Virus record (IMG/VR): IMGVR_UViG_3300020470_000460
Span: 10,411-74,410 of that record
Strand: one strand, 5' to 3'
DNA: 64,000 nt
DNA from: a virus
Position 1 is the first letter of the stretch; every line of letters starts with the position of its first letter. The notes below the pieces were generated by a model, which did no database searches, was not told the origin of the DNA, and saw only the letters and a list, made by a program, of their open reading frames with translations. Positions 45,624-55,340 of the stretch are shown in pieces. The position numbers and the translations under genes are program-made.

Positions 45624-46328
45624 CTACTCGAAAAAACTTGCTAGTCCCTCCAGTACCAACTCACTCTCAACTTTTGTCTTAGGATTAGTTACCTTTAATG
45701 TGTATGATAACTTAGGCATAGTCTCAAAGAATGCTTGAATCTTTGCAAATTGCTCTGCATTTAGATCTTCAAGGAAATCTAATGCTTCCTTCTTAGTGAA
45801 AGAGTCATAGACTTCTTCTTTGTCGTATACTTGCTCAATACATCCTGCAGCTAATTCAAATACATCCTCTATATTAGGGTTATCAGAAAGATTCTGTTGA
45901 ATGAATACATCCAATGAAGGATATTTCATTTTTACCCCAACATTACCATCTAGATCGATTTTAGAATCGTGACCTTCTGGCATTTGCACAGTAACCTCAC
46001 CAAGAGGTACCTGCACATCAACTTGTGTCTCATCATCATCTGGACAAGTGACTTTAAATTCACTTACCTCACCAACAGCAACAGATCTGATCTTAAGGAA
46101 GATATATTCAATCTCGAACGTAGCAAGATTCTCAACCTTAGACTTTAGATTAGTGCAGTTTTTAATTATAGTCTTCACTGCTTTGACCATCTGCTTGTTG
46201 TCTTGCGACTCCATAGCGAGATAGAGTAGTTTCTCTTCCTTAACTAGGAATGGTCTATATGATATTTGTGTGCCTGTAACAGGCAGGGTCGCTTCATACT
46301 CAGGTATGGCTAACTTAGGTAATGGCAT
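45624..46328 (-). CDS. gp26: Baseplate hub subunit gp26
   Basis: MPLPK...P.Y, YRPFLVKEEK.L, FFETMPKL. Confidence 0.92.
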   Translation of the reverse strand: MPLPKLAIPEYEATLPVTGTQISYRPFLVKEEKLLYLAMESQDNKQMVKAVKTIIKNCTNLKSKVENLATFEIEYIFLKIRSVAVGEVSEFKVTCPDDDETQVDVQVPLGEVTVQMPEGHDSKIDLDGNVGVKMKYPSLDVFIQQNLSDNPNIEDVFELAAGCIEQVYDKEEVYDSFTKKEALDFLEDLNAEQFAKIQAFFETMPKLSYTLKVTNPKTKVESELVLEGLASFFE

Positions 46329-46353
46329 AACGATTGCATTATTATAATTCTAT

Positions 46354-47106
46354 TTAGACACCAAATCCAGCTGCATTTGTCTGTGATCGGTCAATTCCAA
46401 CAGAAGATAATCCATCTGATGCAGCATTGATGAATCTATCTGGAGAATTAACTCCATTAACATCACTACCAACACCATCAAATCTATATCTCTCGTGCTT
46501 AAACTTAACGCTAAACTTAACTAAATTGGTAGGACCATTACTATATGATGCTCCACCCATGTCATAAGGCCATGCTCCAAAGAACTGCCAAACTGCCATT
46601 GATGAATTAAGTCTCTGTCTATAGACTGCATTTGACTCTGTAAGACCTTCCCAACTAATATTAGATCCAACTTCCCACTTTGTTATTATAAGGTTAGTAG
46701 TATACTCTTCATATATTCCAGATCTATTCTCCATGTCTGGTGCTGCCCAGTTCATCCAATGCTCAAAGAATCTGCGATGATACTGATATTTGTCTGTTAC
46801 AAATGTAATATCTACATCGTTATTCTGTTGTATCCTCGCATGTGAATATCCTGCACCTTGCCATGCTTGTGCTACTGGAGTATCTAATATTCTCTTACCA
46901 GGTATAGACACTTGATCTGCCATATAATTCATAGCATCGAATGCCCATCTTCTATCTGCATTAACAAATTGGGTATTTGCTTGCATACATGTAGGGAGCC
47001 ACAGTTTAACTCCATAGAGATTAGACCTTGAAGGTTCTAGTCTTCCAGACGAGACCCTTTCTCTAAAGTCCTTAAAACTATTTGGATTTGATGAGGTTGA
47101 AGGCAT
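46354..47106 (-). CDS. Baseplate tail-tube initiator (gp54/gp19-like)
   Basis: Tube-fold motifs (SR.N.Y.V, FF..W); synteny between gp2 and gp26. Confidence 0.65.
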   Translation of the reverse strand: MPSTSSNPNSFKDFRERVSSGRLEPSRSNLYGVKLWLPTCMQANTQFVNADRRWAFDAMNYMADQVSIPGKRILDTPVAQAWQGAGYSHARIQQNNDVDITFVTDKYQYHRRFFEHWMNWAAPDMENRSGIYEEYTTNLIITKWEVGSNISWEGLTESNAVYRQRLNSSMAVWQFFGAWPYDMGGASYSNGPTNLVKFSVKFKHERYRFDGVGSDVNGVNSPDRFINAASDGLSSVGIDRSQTNAAGFGV

Positions 47107-47110
47107 AATC

Positions 47111-47590
47111 TTACTTTAATCTACTCCATATAATGCTGCTTGGTACTTCCATAGTCCTACCAAGACCTTTAGGTCTAATAACGAATTGCTCTATTGGAAG
47201 TGGTGTCATATCTTGCAGCTCATTTGAAGGTACATTATATGCTCTTGTGACACTATTCATAAAGTATTTATGGTGGCAACGCATAGGATATGAAATACTA
47301 CCAGCAGCCCATGTATTTGCCATACTTTTCCTACTATTAGGTCTCAGGTAGTGCATATTCCCGCCAGAGAATTGCTTCTTCTGGTAGTCTACGTCTGTGA
47401 TTAGTACCATAGGGAAAGTATCCCAAAATTTAAGATCTGGTGTCTGAGCTGCGTAATTGAAAAATATAATATCACCCACAATGAATCCACCTTGGTATGC
47501 TTCCAGTCCATACTGAAGTTGCTCTCTATACCATTGTTTAGACTGTTTGACTCCCATTGCTAAGTCTTTTACGTCTGTGAAGATACTCAT
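47111..47590 (-). CDS. gp2: DNA end protector gp2-like
   Basis: F.Y.A.T....WD.FP.V, G.N.HYL.P, HKY. Confidence 0.75.
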   Translation of the reverse strand: MSIFTDVKDLAMGVKQSKQWYREQLQYGLEAYQGGFIVGDIIFFNYAAQTPDLKFWDTFPMVLITDVDYQKKQFSGGNMHYLRPNSRKSMANTWAAGSISYPMRCHHKYFMNSVTRAYNVPSNELQDMTPLPIEQFVIRPKGLGRTMEVPSSIIWSRLK

Positions 47591-48021
47591 ACATTTAAGT
47601 GTTTTTCGGTCAGTATAATAAATTGAAACCCTTTATGTGCACAGAATTGCCTTGCTGCTCTCCATTTAGCACTATTTACATTCCAAGTCTTAACTTCACT
47701 CAAAAAGGTGCGAGCCTTCTGCGATTTACGCTTAGGGGGTTTAGTTTGATAAGCTGGTTTGATCTCGATGATCGATTTGGCAACTCCTCCGTTCTTGGTT
47801 CTTGCTCTAACATAGAAATCAGGATAATAACGGTGAATCCTGTTATCCAAAGGAGACTTATAAGGTATAATAATTTCTTCACTTCCCCACTCTAATACGT
47901 TGTTATTCATGTCACACCAATGCATGAACTTCTTTTCCCACAAACTCCTATAAATAACATTAGTGTGATCACCTTTGTACTTATGTTTATTTGATGGTCG
48001 GAATTTTCCTTTGTAAGACAT
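47587..48021 (-). CDS. gp4: Head completion nuclease gp4
   Basis: MSYKGKF.P.N..KY.GD...YRSLWE, YYPDF, IEIKP; ATG at 48021. Confidence 0.92.
   Translation of the reverse strand: MSYKGKFRPSNKHKYKGDHTNVIYRSLWEKKFMHWCDMNNNVLEWGSEEIIIPYKSPLDNRIHRYYPDFYVRARTKNGGVAKSIIEIKPAYQTKPPKRKSQKARTFLSEVKTWNVNSAKWRAARQFCAHKGFQFIILTEKHLNV
47949..47956 (+). promoter_or_regulatory. T4-type late promoter for gp48, inside gp4
   Basis: TATAAATA. Confidence 0.7.
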
Positions 48022-49042
48022 GGCAGTAACTGTATTTCCAAGAGCGAAACCTTTAGGAGTCAATTCAGCAAGTAGTAGAGAAACAATCACGGATGGTGCT
48101 GCATTCCCAACTGAGGTAATCGATTACCTAAAATTTGAGGTATTCGATCAAAAATCGGATCAGTTAAGAGATACGATATATCTCTATTTACCCAAGTCAC
48201 TAAGTGAAAAACATAGTCAAGGGTGGGGACAAGTAAATTTGGGTCCAGCAGGAGCCGCAGCGATAGATATTGCTGCTGAAGCTGCTAATGCTAAAGGTGG
48301 AATTGATACTGATACTGTTGCTTCTAGTATTGAAGATGCAGCAAAAGCAGCAATGCCACAAATAGGATATAAAGCTGCTTCCAAAGTCATAAATGCTGCT
48401 ATATCTGCAACTGGTGGTAGTGGGTCTGTAACTAGAGAGCAATTAACCTCTATAATCGGTAAAAAGATCTTCAACCCATACGCAGAAGCAACATACGAAG
48501 GTCAAGGATCATTTAGAGACCATTCCTGGAATTGGGAAATGGCACCTAAGAGCACAGCTGATGCTAAGACCATATACAATATTATTAAGAAATTTAGAGG
48601 ATATTCACTACCTGGTAAAAGTGGAAATAACTGGTTAACAATACCAGAATACTTCCGTCTTAGCACTGTCAGATATATTGATAAAGGTGGTGGTAATGAA
48701 GAAATTTCAGATCCTTCAAAATCAGCAGACAAAGGTGGTATCTTAAGTCAGGTACTACAATTCCCAACAAAAATGGTCTGCACTAATGTTACTGTTGGAA
48801 TGCCTGATTATACCTCTCTGAGATCTTCATACGCTGGTACCAGATTCATGGATTTTGGTGCTGTGAAATACAATATATCGCTAACATTCAAAGAGACTGA
48901 ATTCCTTACAAAGGAAACTTACGGTTTCGATGCAAAAGACCAGATTATGTCTGATTTTGATGATGCTATTAGAAGTCTGAATTGGAGAGACGAATCTATA
49001 GGTGGTAATGACTTATCTGGTACCTCATCTAATATCGCATAA
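48020..49042 (+). CDS. gp48: Baseplate tail-tube cap gp48
   Basis: I.LY.P, NP..E..Y.G...R.H...W...PKS, L.FKE. Confidence 0.82.
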   Translation: MAVTVFPRAKPLGVNSASSRETITDGAAFPTEVIDYLKFEVFDQKSDQLRDTIYLYLPKSLSEKHSQGWGQVNLGPAGAAAIDIAAEAANAKGGIDTDTVASSIEDAAKAAMPQIGYKAASKVINAAISATGGSGSVTREQLTSIIGKKIFNPYAEATYEGQGSFRDHSWNWEMAPKSTADAKTIYNIIKKFRGYSLPGKSGNNWLTIPEYFRLSTVRYIDKGGGNEEISDPSKSADKGGILSQVLQFPTKMVCTNVTVGMPDYTSLRSSYAGTRFMDFGAVKYNISLTFKETEFLTKETYGFDAKDQIMSDFDDAIRSLNWRDESIGGNDLSGTSSNIA

Positions 49043-49881
49043 TGGCATATTTCACTCATTTACCACTCGTTGATGTAAGGACATCTAGTTACCGTCAAAG
49101 TAACGTAGATCCATATACTCTTGCAAGAAATATCTTCAGGAGAATTAAAATACGTGAAAGTCTAGAAGATGTCATATTGGGATTTGACCAATATACAATT
49201 CAGACAAATGAAAGACCAGATCAGGTTGCTTTTAAGCAATATGGCAGTATGCAGTATGATTGGGTTGTTTTGCTATGTAACAATATAATCAATGTATATG
49301 AAGAATGGCCCATGGCAGAAGATGAGTTAGAAAGGTATATTGACAGCACATATGAAGAAGATGCCGATTCTGTCCATCATTGGGTAACTCAAAGAATTAC
49401 AGATCAAAAGGGACGCATCCTAGTAAAGGCAGATCGCATAGTACCTGAAGATTACACATATACTAGACCTGATGGAACCTTCGTACCTAAAGAAGAGACC
49501 GTTAGACCTATTTCAGTCTATGACCACGAAGCTGGCAAAAATGACTATAAACGCAATATTTACCTTTTAAGGAAAGAGTATGTAACTGGGTTTATTGAAG
49601 AATTCACCAGTTTGGTCGGATATCTTCCAAATAGCGAAACTGACGCAACAACAGGAGCTAAGAGATCAGTCAATACTACTCAAGAGCAGTTCCAGACCGT
49701 TAAACCGACTTATAGCACAAATATCGGTGAAACGAGTTCTATCGAATTTGCTTCAGAAGCGGATTACTCATCTAAGGAGTTTGACACCTCTGGACCAACT
49801 ATTAGCGAAGGTGACGTATTGGCAGATGGCAGCACAGTCGCAGTTTCGTCTGCTGGCACTGGATCCACTAGTGGGTATTAA
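49042..49881 (+). CDS. gp53: Baseplate wedge subunit gp53
   Basis: MAYF...P, ERPDQVA...YG....WVVLL.NNI.....WP. Confidence 0.9.
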   Translation: MAYFTHLPLVDVRTSSYRQSNVDPYTLARNIFRRIKIRESLEDVILGFDQYTIQTNERPDQVAFKQYGSMQYDWVVLLCNNIINVYEEWPMAEDELERYIDSTYEEDADSVHHWVTQRITDQKGRILVKADRIVPEDYTYTRPDGTFVPKEETVRPISVYDHEAGKNDYKRNIYLLRKEYVTGFIEEFTSLVGYLPNSETDATTGAKRSVNTTQEQFQTVKPTYSTNIGETSSIEFASEADYSSKEFDTSGPTISEGDVLADGSTVAVSSAGTGSTSGY

Positions 49882-49902
49882 TACTTAGCGACCCTACAGG
49901 AC

Positions 49903-49934
49903 AAAAAAATACCCCCGATTTTTTCGGGGGTTTT
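49903..49934. terminator. Bidirectional terminator between convergent operons
   Basis: A-run, ACCCCCGA/TCGGGGGT stem, T-run. Confidence 0.85.
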
Positions 49935-49964
49935 GCTTGTTCTAAAAGTCGAATAATATGCAGA

Positions 49965-50276
49965 TTAGCGTCTGCATCTTTCCCATGCAATCACATCACG
50001 ATGCTCATAATATCCTGGGATCCATGTGTTACCATGACCAAGGTAATGCCCTGGTACCCAGTATTTCTTTGTGATTACAACCTCACACCTTCTCCGTCTT
50101 GGACGGTGGTAGTGACCGTGGTCATATCTCCAGTCCCTCCAAGAAGGATCGTGGACGTGAGCATGACCATGATGATAGGACTCCTGAAATGGTTCCCAGA
50201 ATTCCTTCCATGTTAGTGCTTCTGCTCTCACAGGTGCTGCGAAGAGTAGAAGTGGGAGAAACAGGAGTCTTTTCAT
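49965..50276 (-). CDS. Small secreted His/Arg-rich protein
   Basis: Signal peptide ending AEA; W(V/I)PG repeats. Confidence 0.7.
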   Translation of the reverse strand: MKRLLFLPLLLFAAPVRAEALTWKEFWEPFQESYHHGHAHVHDPSWRDWRYDHGHYHRPRRRRCEVVITKKYWVPGHYLGHGNTWIPGYYEHRDVIAWERCRR

Positions 50277-50277
50277 T

Positions 50278-51195
50278 TTAGTCCTCGTTAGCTAGGGCAG
50301 CGAAGTAGGATAAATCAGGTGAATCACCTGCCTCTTCAACTTCCTTTATCTTAGCACCGAAACCTGACTTTGTGGGTGCAGGTGGGTCCGCTTTGACAAC
50401 TGGACTAGTAAGAGGTGCTAGTTCCTCGTCTTCTTCGTTAGTTTGTACCACAGGTCTTGTTGACTTGTTAAGCACAATATTCAAACGTGCTGATAACTCC
50501 TCATAACTCTTGAAGTTCTTAAGATCAGTAAACTCTTTAAGAGAATGCTGAGACTTCCAGATCTTCTCAAGTGCGTCATCTTCCAATCCACCTAACACAG
50601 AGGGTGAGTCAAACTCACTCTTATCATAGTTCCAGTATCCACCAATGGTCTGGATCTTGATCTTAAAGTTAGCACCCTTCCAAAGATCGAAAGGATTGAT
50701 TGGAGTTTCGTCTTCAAACTGTGGCTGCATCGCTGATGCAATCTTGTCATGAATTTTCTTACCATACTTATATAAGAATACTTTACCTTCATTTTCTGGA
50801 TGAAGTTGATCCTTAACGACATAGATGTTACTGTAGTAAGAAAGCTTACGCTTCTGCTTACGTGCAGTATCTTTGTCTGCGTCTAGTCCACTATTCCATA
50901 GTGTCCTGTTTAATTCACCGACAGGATCCTTTTGGTTAAGTGTGGTAAGAGAATTCTCTATGTACCAACCACCTGGTCCTTGAAATGCATGACTCCATAC
51001 CTGTGCCCAAGGGAGATCTTCTCCGTCTGGCTCTGGTAGGAAACGAATAACGGCATAACCGTTACCACTCTTATCTACCTCTGGTTTCCAGAGTCTTTCA
51101 TCTGGACCCCTTCCTTGAGGCTTGGAAAGGTTTTCTATCTGTTGTGTAAGCTTAGCAAACTTACCAGACTTGCTCTTTAGTGATGCAAATGACAT
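50278..51195 (-). CDS. gp32: ssDNA-binding protein gp32
   Basis: DKSGNGYAVIRFLP, YKYGKKI, NYDKSEF, LSYF..LA. Confidence 0.96.
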   Translation of the reverse strand: MSFASLKSKSGKFAKLTQQIENLSKPQGRGPDERLWKPEVDKSGNGYAVIRFLPEPDGEDLPWAQVWSHAFQGPGGWYIENSLTTLNQKDPVGELNRTLWNSGLDADKDTARKQKRKLSYYSNIYVVKDQLHPENEGKVFLYKYGKKIHDKIASAMQPQFEDETPINPFDLWKGANFKIKIQTIGGYWNYDKSEFDSPSVLGGLEDDALEKIWKSQHSLKEFTDLKNFKSYEELSARLNIVLNKSTRPVVQTNEEDEELAPLTSPVVKADPPAPTKSGFGAKIKEVEEAGDSPDLSYFAALANED

Positions 51196-51239
51196 TCGTA
51201 TTTGTCTCCGAAGTTGTATTGTGATATTGCTACTGGATT

Positions 51240-51268
51240 ATAGTAGCATGACTATTTAGGCTTGTCAA
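51240..51268 (-). promoter_or_regulatory. sigma70 promoter (plus CTAAATA late element) for gp32
   Basis: TTGACA-17-TACTAT; CTAAATA at 51253-51259. Confidence 0.65.
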
Positions 51269-51617
51269 CCCCTTTTTCCTGCAATTCTCTCCGCCACGTG
51301 CGTAGTTTGGATTCCATCTGATCTAGTACCATAGTGAGGTTCATACCACCTGAATACTCTGTGGTCATGAGCTCCATCCTCTTCTTAATTTCTTTTGCTG
51401 AGTCATCATCCTTCAACTCATTCGCTGCTAGCTGTAATCGTGCATAGAATACTTTCTGCTTCGCTACCAACTCCAGAGTCTTTTCGATGTGCTCTAGTCT
51501 CTCATGTGGATTAAATTCCTTTAGACCAGCAGACATCTTCAAGAGCTCAGTATAACACTCTTGTATTGCCTCTAACTCTTCTTGTACTACTTCTGATTGA
51601 AAGAATTGCTCAGTCAT
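51252..51617 (-). CDS. DUF1825-family protein
   Basis: FF.SE.VQ.E, KQK.FY.RL.L. Confidence 0.75.
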   Translation of the reverse strand: MTEQFFQSEVVQEELEAIQECYTELLKMSAGLKEFNPHERLEHIEKTLELVAKQKVFYARLQLAANELKDDDSAKEIKKRMELMTTEYSGGMNLTMVLDQMESKLRTWRRELQEKGVDKPK

Positions 51618-51859
51618 AAGTTTAAAATACCTTTACTTGTCCGTTTAATGTAGTTTAATTGTTGTGCATCCCATTTGATCTTGTCTTTTAATGGTTTAGA
51701 TATCAGTTTACCAACTGTCTCCACCTCAATCTCAAACTCTTCACACACTGAGGCTACACCCTCAATATAATTTATAAGACCTTGACTTTCCTTTACCCTA
51801 TCTTCAACAAGAGAGGTAAACTTACCTTGTGTCATAAATTTTTCTTCAATTTCCTTCAT
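51614..51859 (-). CDS. gp33: Late transcription coactivator gp33
   Basis: KLISKPLK.K...DA..LNY.K. Confidence 0.9.
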   Translation of the reverse strand: MKEIEEKFMTQGKFTSLVEDRVKESQGLINYIEGVASVCEEFEIEVETVGKLISKPLKDKIKWDAQQLNYIKRTSKGILNL

Positions 51860-52527
51860 GCTACAGTTTTCTCATTGTGATAGTCTCTTATCCAATCGAT
51901 AAGAGTGTCTATGTATGGTATCTTATCATACTTTTGGACAACTTGCATACCCCCATCTTCTGCTACTGATATTGTAACTAACTTGTCAACCTCAACACCA
52001 GTCTGCTCATAATACATGTAAGCATACGCTGCCTCTTGCACAAAGAACTTATCAAGGTGCTCTTCCTTCTTAAGATTCTTAGTGGTCTTGAAGTCTATTA
52101 TAGCAAGCTCAGAATCAAACTCAGCAATAGCATCAACACGCCCAGCCAGAAATAGATTGCGAGAAAAAAGAGGGGCTTCAATAGCGTGAATATTATTAAT
52201 CCTATTAAGAGTCTCACGAGCAGACCTAAAAAGGTACGTGGGAAGACCCTCGCTCTTCTTATCTTCTTCCAATTCATTTTTAAGATACTTCTCCACTAGG
52301 TTATGGTATTGAGTGCCTCGCCATGCAGATGACCGTCTGATCTTCTCTGCTTCAGCAAATCCAACTCGCTTCTGCCAAGCTAGTATACCATGCTTGGATG
52401 CGTTGCCACATACTGTGGTGACACTTGGACACCATCTGTCATCGATCTTATAGAAACGACCAGAGTCAACAGTCCTACTCTCAACCTCCTGTAGAGGTTT
52501 AGCAGGACCAACATAATTAAACATCAA
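51856..52527 (-). CDS. PD-(D/E)xK exonuclease (Cas4/lambda-exo-like)
   Basis: PSVTT, RGT..H, AGRVD, IIDFKT, Q..AY. Confidence 0.88.
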   Translation of the reverse strand: MMFNYVGPAKPLQEVESRTVDSGRFYKIDDRWCPSVTTVCGNASKHGILAWQKRVGFAEAEKIRRSSAWRGTQYHNLVEKYLKNELEEDKKSEGLPTYLFRSARETLNRINNIHAIEAPLFSRNLFLAGRVDAIAEFDSELAIIDFKTTKNLKKEEHLDKFFVQEAAYAYMYYEQTGVEVDKLVTISVAEDGGMQVVQKYDKIPYIDTLIDWIRDYHNEKTVA

Positions 52528-53282
52528 TCAAATCCCATTTCATGTTTGCAGATGAGGTAGTCTCGAATGAATCCAGACCTCACGATATCATTGATACCGA
52601 ACTCAACACAGGAGAATGAAGTCATTGCCTGTGTGATCTTCATAAAGTCTAGCACACCAGTCCTCTCATTAGCTTTAACTAAGTCAGACTGTGTGTAATC
52701 ACCAGAGAATATGATCCTACTATCCTGACCGACACGAGTAGTAATACTATCTAACTCGTGGAAGTTTAGGTTAGAGAACTCATCTACTATTATAATGGCT
52801 CTGTCAAGTGTTATGCCACGCAAGAAAGAAGTGGACCAGAAATCTATTGATCCTTGGTTTCTTAGGTTGTCATATAATATTTTAAATGCTCCTTCATCAG
52901 GCATATTAAACATGTATCGTACCATATTCCTGTATGGTGTCTGATACAAGTCTGATTTATCTTCTGCATCGCCTGGAAGGAATCCGATCTCTCTCGTAGG
53001 GACTAGAGACCTGACCATGTATACCTTAGTATAAGGTGAAGAAGGTTCCAATACTGCCTGTAATGCTAGGTAGAGACTGATAAATGTCTTACCAGTACCA
53101 GCAGCACCATGCAATACTAAATTCTGGCCACTCTTGAACGCATCAAAAACATCTTCTTGACTAGGTGTCAAAGGTTCGATGACCCTGAGATGCTCAAGGT
53201 TAATGGGTGGCTTCTTCTTCATTGCTCTTGATACGGTACCGTTCCCGTTACCATTACCGTTTTTCTTTTTCCTTGCTGGCAT
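52524..53282 (-). CDS. phoH: PhoH-family ATPase
   Basis: GAAGTGKT, GFLPG, SFLRG.T, IVDE, IVRSG. Confidence 0.95.
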   Translation of the reverse strand: MPARKKKNGNGNGNGTVSRAMKKKPPINLEHLRVIEPLTPSQEDVFDAFKSGQNLVLHGAAGTGKTFISLYLALQAVLEPSSPYTKVYMVRSLVPTREIGFLPGDAEDKSDLYQTPYRNMVRYMFNMPDEGAFKILYDNLRNQGSIDFWSTSFLRGITLDRAIIIVDEFSNLNFHELDSITTRVGQDSRIIFSGDYTQSDLVKANERTGVLDFMKITQAMTSFSCVEFGINDIVRSGFIRDYLICKHEMGFD

Positions 53283-53284
53283 AA

Positions 53285-53515
53285 TTAAGTAAACCTCGAA
53301 AGGTTAGCACGTGGGTGTTTCTCTTGGATCTTACTCATTACTTCTTTGAATCCATCCGATTGTTTCGGGTCTCCATATGTTACTCCACCAGTCCCTGCGG
53401 ACCAGTCTTTATCCCAGTCGGGATTGTCCTTCCTCCACTCATCATAAGCAGTCATGGACATTGAGAGTTCTTTCTTCTCTCCAGTAGATTTATTTATAAC
53501 AGGGTATGTTGGCAT
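53285..53515 (-). CDS. FmdB-like small regulator
   Basis: MPTY...N..TGE motif. Confidence 0.65.
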   Translation of the reverse strand: MPTYPVINKSTGEKKELSMSMTAYDEWRKDNPDWDKDWSAGTGGVTYGDPKQSDGFKEVMSKIQEKHPRANLSRFT

Positions 53516-54222
53516 TAGTCTATCCTTAAGCATGGTTGTGTGTCACCCCAGTCACTATCATAACGACAGTCACAGTCATCAACATCAGGACACCAGTCAA
53601 GTGCCTTAGAGATGGTTGGGAAGTTACAGATGAAATGGTCACGACATAGGTTTGCTATGTCCATGTGCTCCTTCTGTGTCCCATGACCTGTGCGTAGTTG
53701 GATGTAATGCATCCATGATCTAGCACTACCAGTCATATAGATCCTAGTTGGTGTTGCTAGGGGGAGAACAAACCTCGCACACTCCTTCGCAATGCCCTTA
53801 GATAGTAGGTCATTGTATAAGTCCATCCCTTCTTGGAAATATTGTGAAATTCGGCCTTGTAAGAACGCCTTCTCGGTTTCATCGATGTCATCTATACTAT
53901 TCTGTCTATTCTTGGTGTCCTGTCTCCTTAGCTCGGGCACCTCTGGTTTATCTAGAAGATTTGTGTCAGCATATCTCTGACTAAACTCTTGGAATGTAAA
54001 TGATCTATGTCTTAGTATCTGTGCTGCAATACCACGTGTAGTATTAATCTCTAACGTCATGTGTGCTTGCTCAAAGATAGACCAGTGTCCATGATTGATA
54101 CAATACTTTAACAGACCAGCAACCTTCGGGTTGTCTTGGTTGTTTGGGTTGGATACTCTTGCAACATATCCTATAGTTTTTTCTGCGTCAGGGGTGACAC
54201 TCACTAAACATACTTTAGTCAT
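53515..54222 (-). CDS. thyX: Flavin-dependent thymidylate synthase
   Basis: H.S.FE, RHRSFTFQEFSQRY, E.AR.VLP. Confidence 0.95.
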   Translation of the reverse strand: MTKVCLVSVTPDAEKTIGYVARVSNPNNQDNPKVAGLLKYCINHGHWSIFEQAHMTLEINTTRGIAAQILRHRSFTFQEFSQRYADTNLLDKPEVPELRRQDTKNRQNSIDDIDETEKAFLQGRISQYFQEGMDLYNDLLSKGIAKECARFVLPLATPTRIYMTGSARSWMHYIQLRTGHGTQKEHMDIANLCRDHFICNFPTISKALDWCPDVDDCDCRYDSDWGDTQPCLRID

Positions 54223-54460
54223 TCTTTCTTAATAATATTCTTGATACTACATATAAACCCATAGCAGACCAGTATCCTAGGGTTGCTAACCCAAATATAC
54301 CTGGCATACATGCATTCCATACTAGCATAAGGACTAAGGGTGAGAGAGTTAAGTTACCGATTGCAGTTACAACTTGCTTACCTAACTCCAGATTCTTTTC
54401 TTCCTCAGTCATCTCCTCTACAGGTTTACTTGCCTTCCGAGGGTCAAAATAGACGGTCAT
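54215..54460 (-). CDS. Small membrane protein
   Basis: Two hydrophobic segments. Confidence 0.65.
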   Translation of the reverse strand: MTVYFDPRKASKPVEEMTEEEKNLELGKQVVTAIGNLTLSPLVLMLVWNACMPGIFGLATLGYWSAMGLYVVSRILLRKND

Positions 54461-55032
54461 ATTATATCCTCCAACTTAAATATTGATACAAATTCAAGAT
54501 CATTATCCTTCCATGTCTGATGGTCTTCCATCCTATCAACTATAGCAACAACACGATTAACAATGTAACCTGCTTCACGTAACACTCTGACTGCTTGCAT
54601 TGCACTGCTACCTGTCGTTGTGACATCCTCTAAGACTGTTACGATTGATCCTTTAGGTGGTTTATTACCTTCGATGACTTCCTTTGTACCATACCCTTTA
54701 ACATTCTTCCTAATAATAAGAGCATCGATATGTTTATTACCTTTATAGTATGCCTTCTGTGCAATACCACAGACTAATGGATCAGCACCTAGTGTTAGAC
54801 CACCTACTGCTACTGCTCCAGGTTCTATCAACTTAATCATTAAGTGTGATAGGAGTGCGTTACCCTCACATGATAGAGTTACAGGCTTACAGTTAATATA
54901 ATGCTCTGACTTCTTGCCAGAGGATAGCATATAATCTCCACGTTTGTAAGCTCTTTCTTTGAGTAGCATGAGTAGGGTATCTCTATGCTTGACATCATCT
55001 TGATGAACAGCAAACTGTGAATCTAATTTCAT
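54457..55032 (-). CDS. pyrE: Orotate phosphoribosyltransferase
   Basis: LSSGKKS..Y, GGLTLGADP, RK..K.YG, LEDVTTTG.S. Confidence 0.95.
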   Translation of the reverse strand: MKLDSQFAVHQDDVKHRDTLLMLLKERAYKRGDYMLSSGKKSEHYINCKPVTLSCEGNALLSHLMIKLIEPGAVAVGGLTLGADPLVCGIAQKAYYKGNKHIDALIIRKNVKGYGTKEVIEGNKPPKGSIVTVLEDVTTTGSSAMQAVRVLREAGYIVNRVVAIVDRMEDHQTWKDNDLEFVSIFKLEDII

Positions 55033-55340
55033 TTCTTTTTCTTCTTAGGTTTAATAGGCATTAAAGGATTATTATACTGACCAGGTGCTCTGGTGCCCTT
55101 AGTATAAGACATCTTCTGCATACAATGACCAAACATATCAAAGTATGTGTCAAATATACCAACAGATTCACCCATCACTAGGTCAAACCATGTCTCACCA
55201 TCCTTCTTCAACTCTAGCAGATATGCGTTGGTTGGCAACGTCTTATCATCTGCTGCGTCAGGTGTACAACCAGTCTTTATGATACAGCAACCCAATCCCC
55301 GACCATTAATGTCAGCGATCTGCTCATCAGTTAACTTCAT
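55029..55340 (-). CDS. Conserved cyanophage hypothetical protein
   Basis: DKTLP.NAYL, IFD.Y.D motifs. Confidence 0.7.
   Translation of the reverse strand: MKLTDEQIADINGRGLGCCIIKTGCTPDAADDKTLPTNAYLLELKKDGETWFDLVMGESVGIFDTYFDMFGHCMQKMSYTKGTRAPGQYNNPLMPIKPKKKKK

Noticed and set aside
51856-52527. Cas4 / CRISPR adaptation system
   Set aside because: This is the standard cyanophage exonuclease between phoH and gp33; no Fe-S Cys pattern or array.
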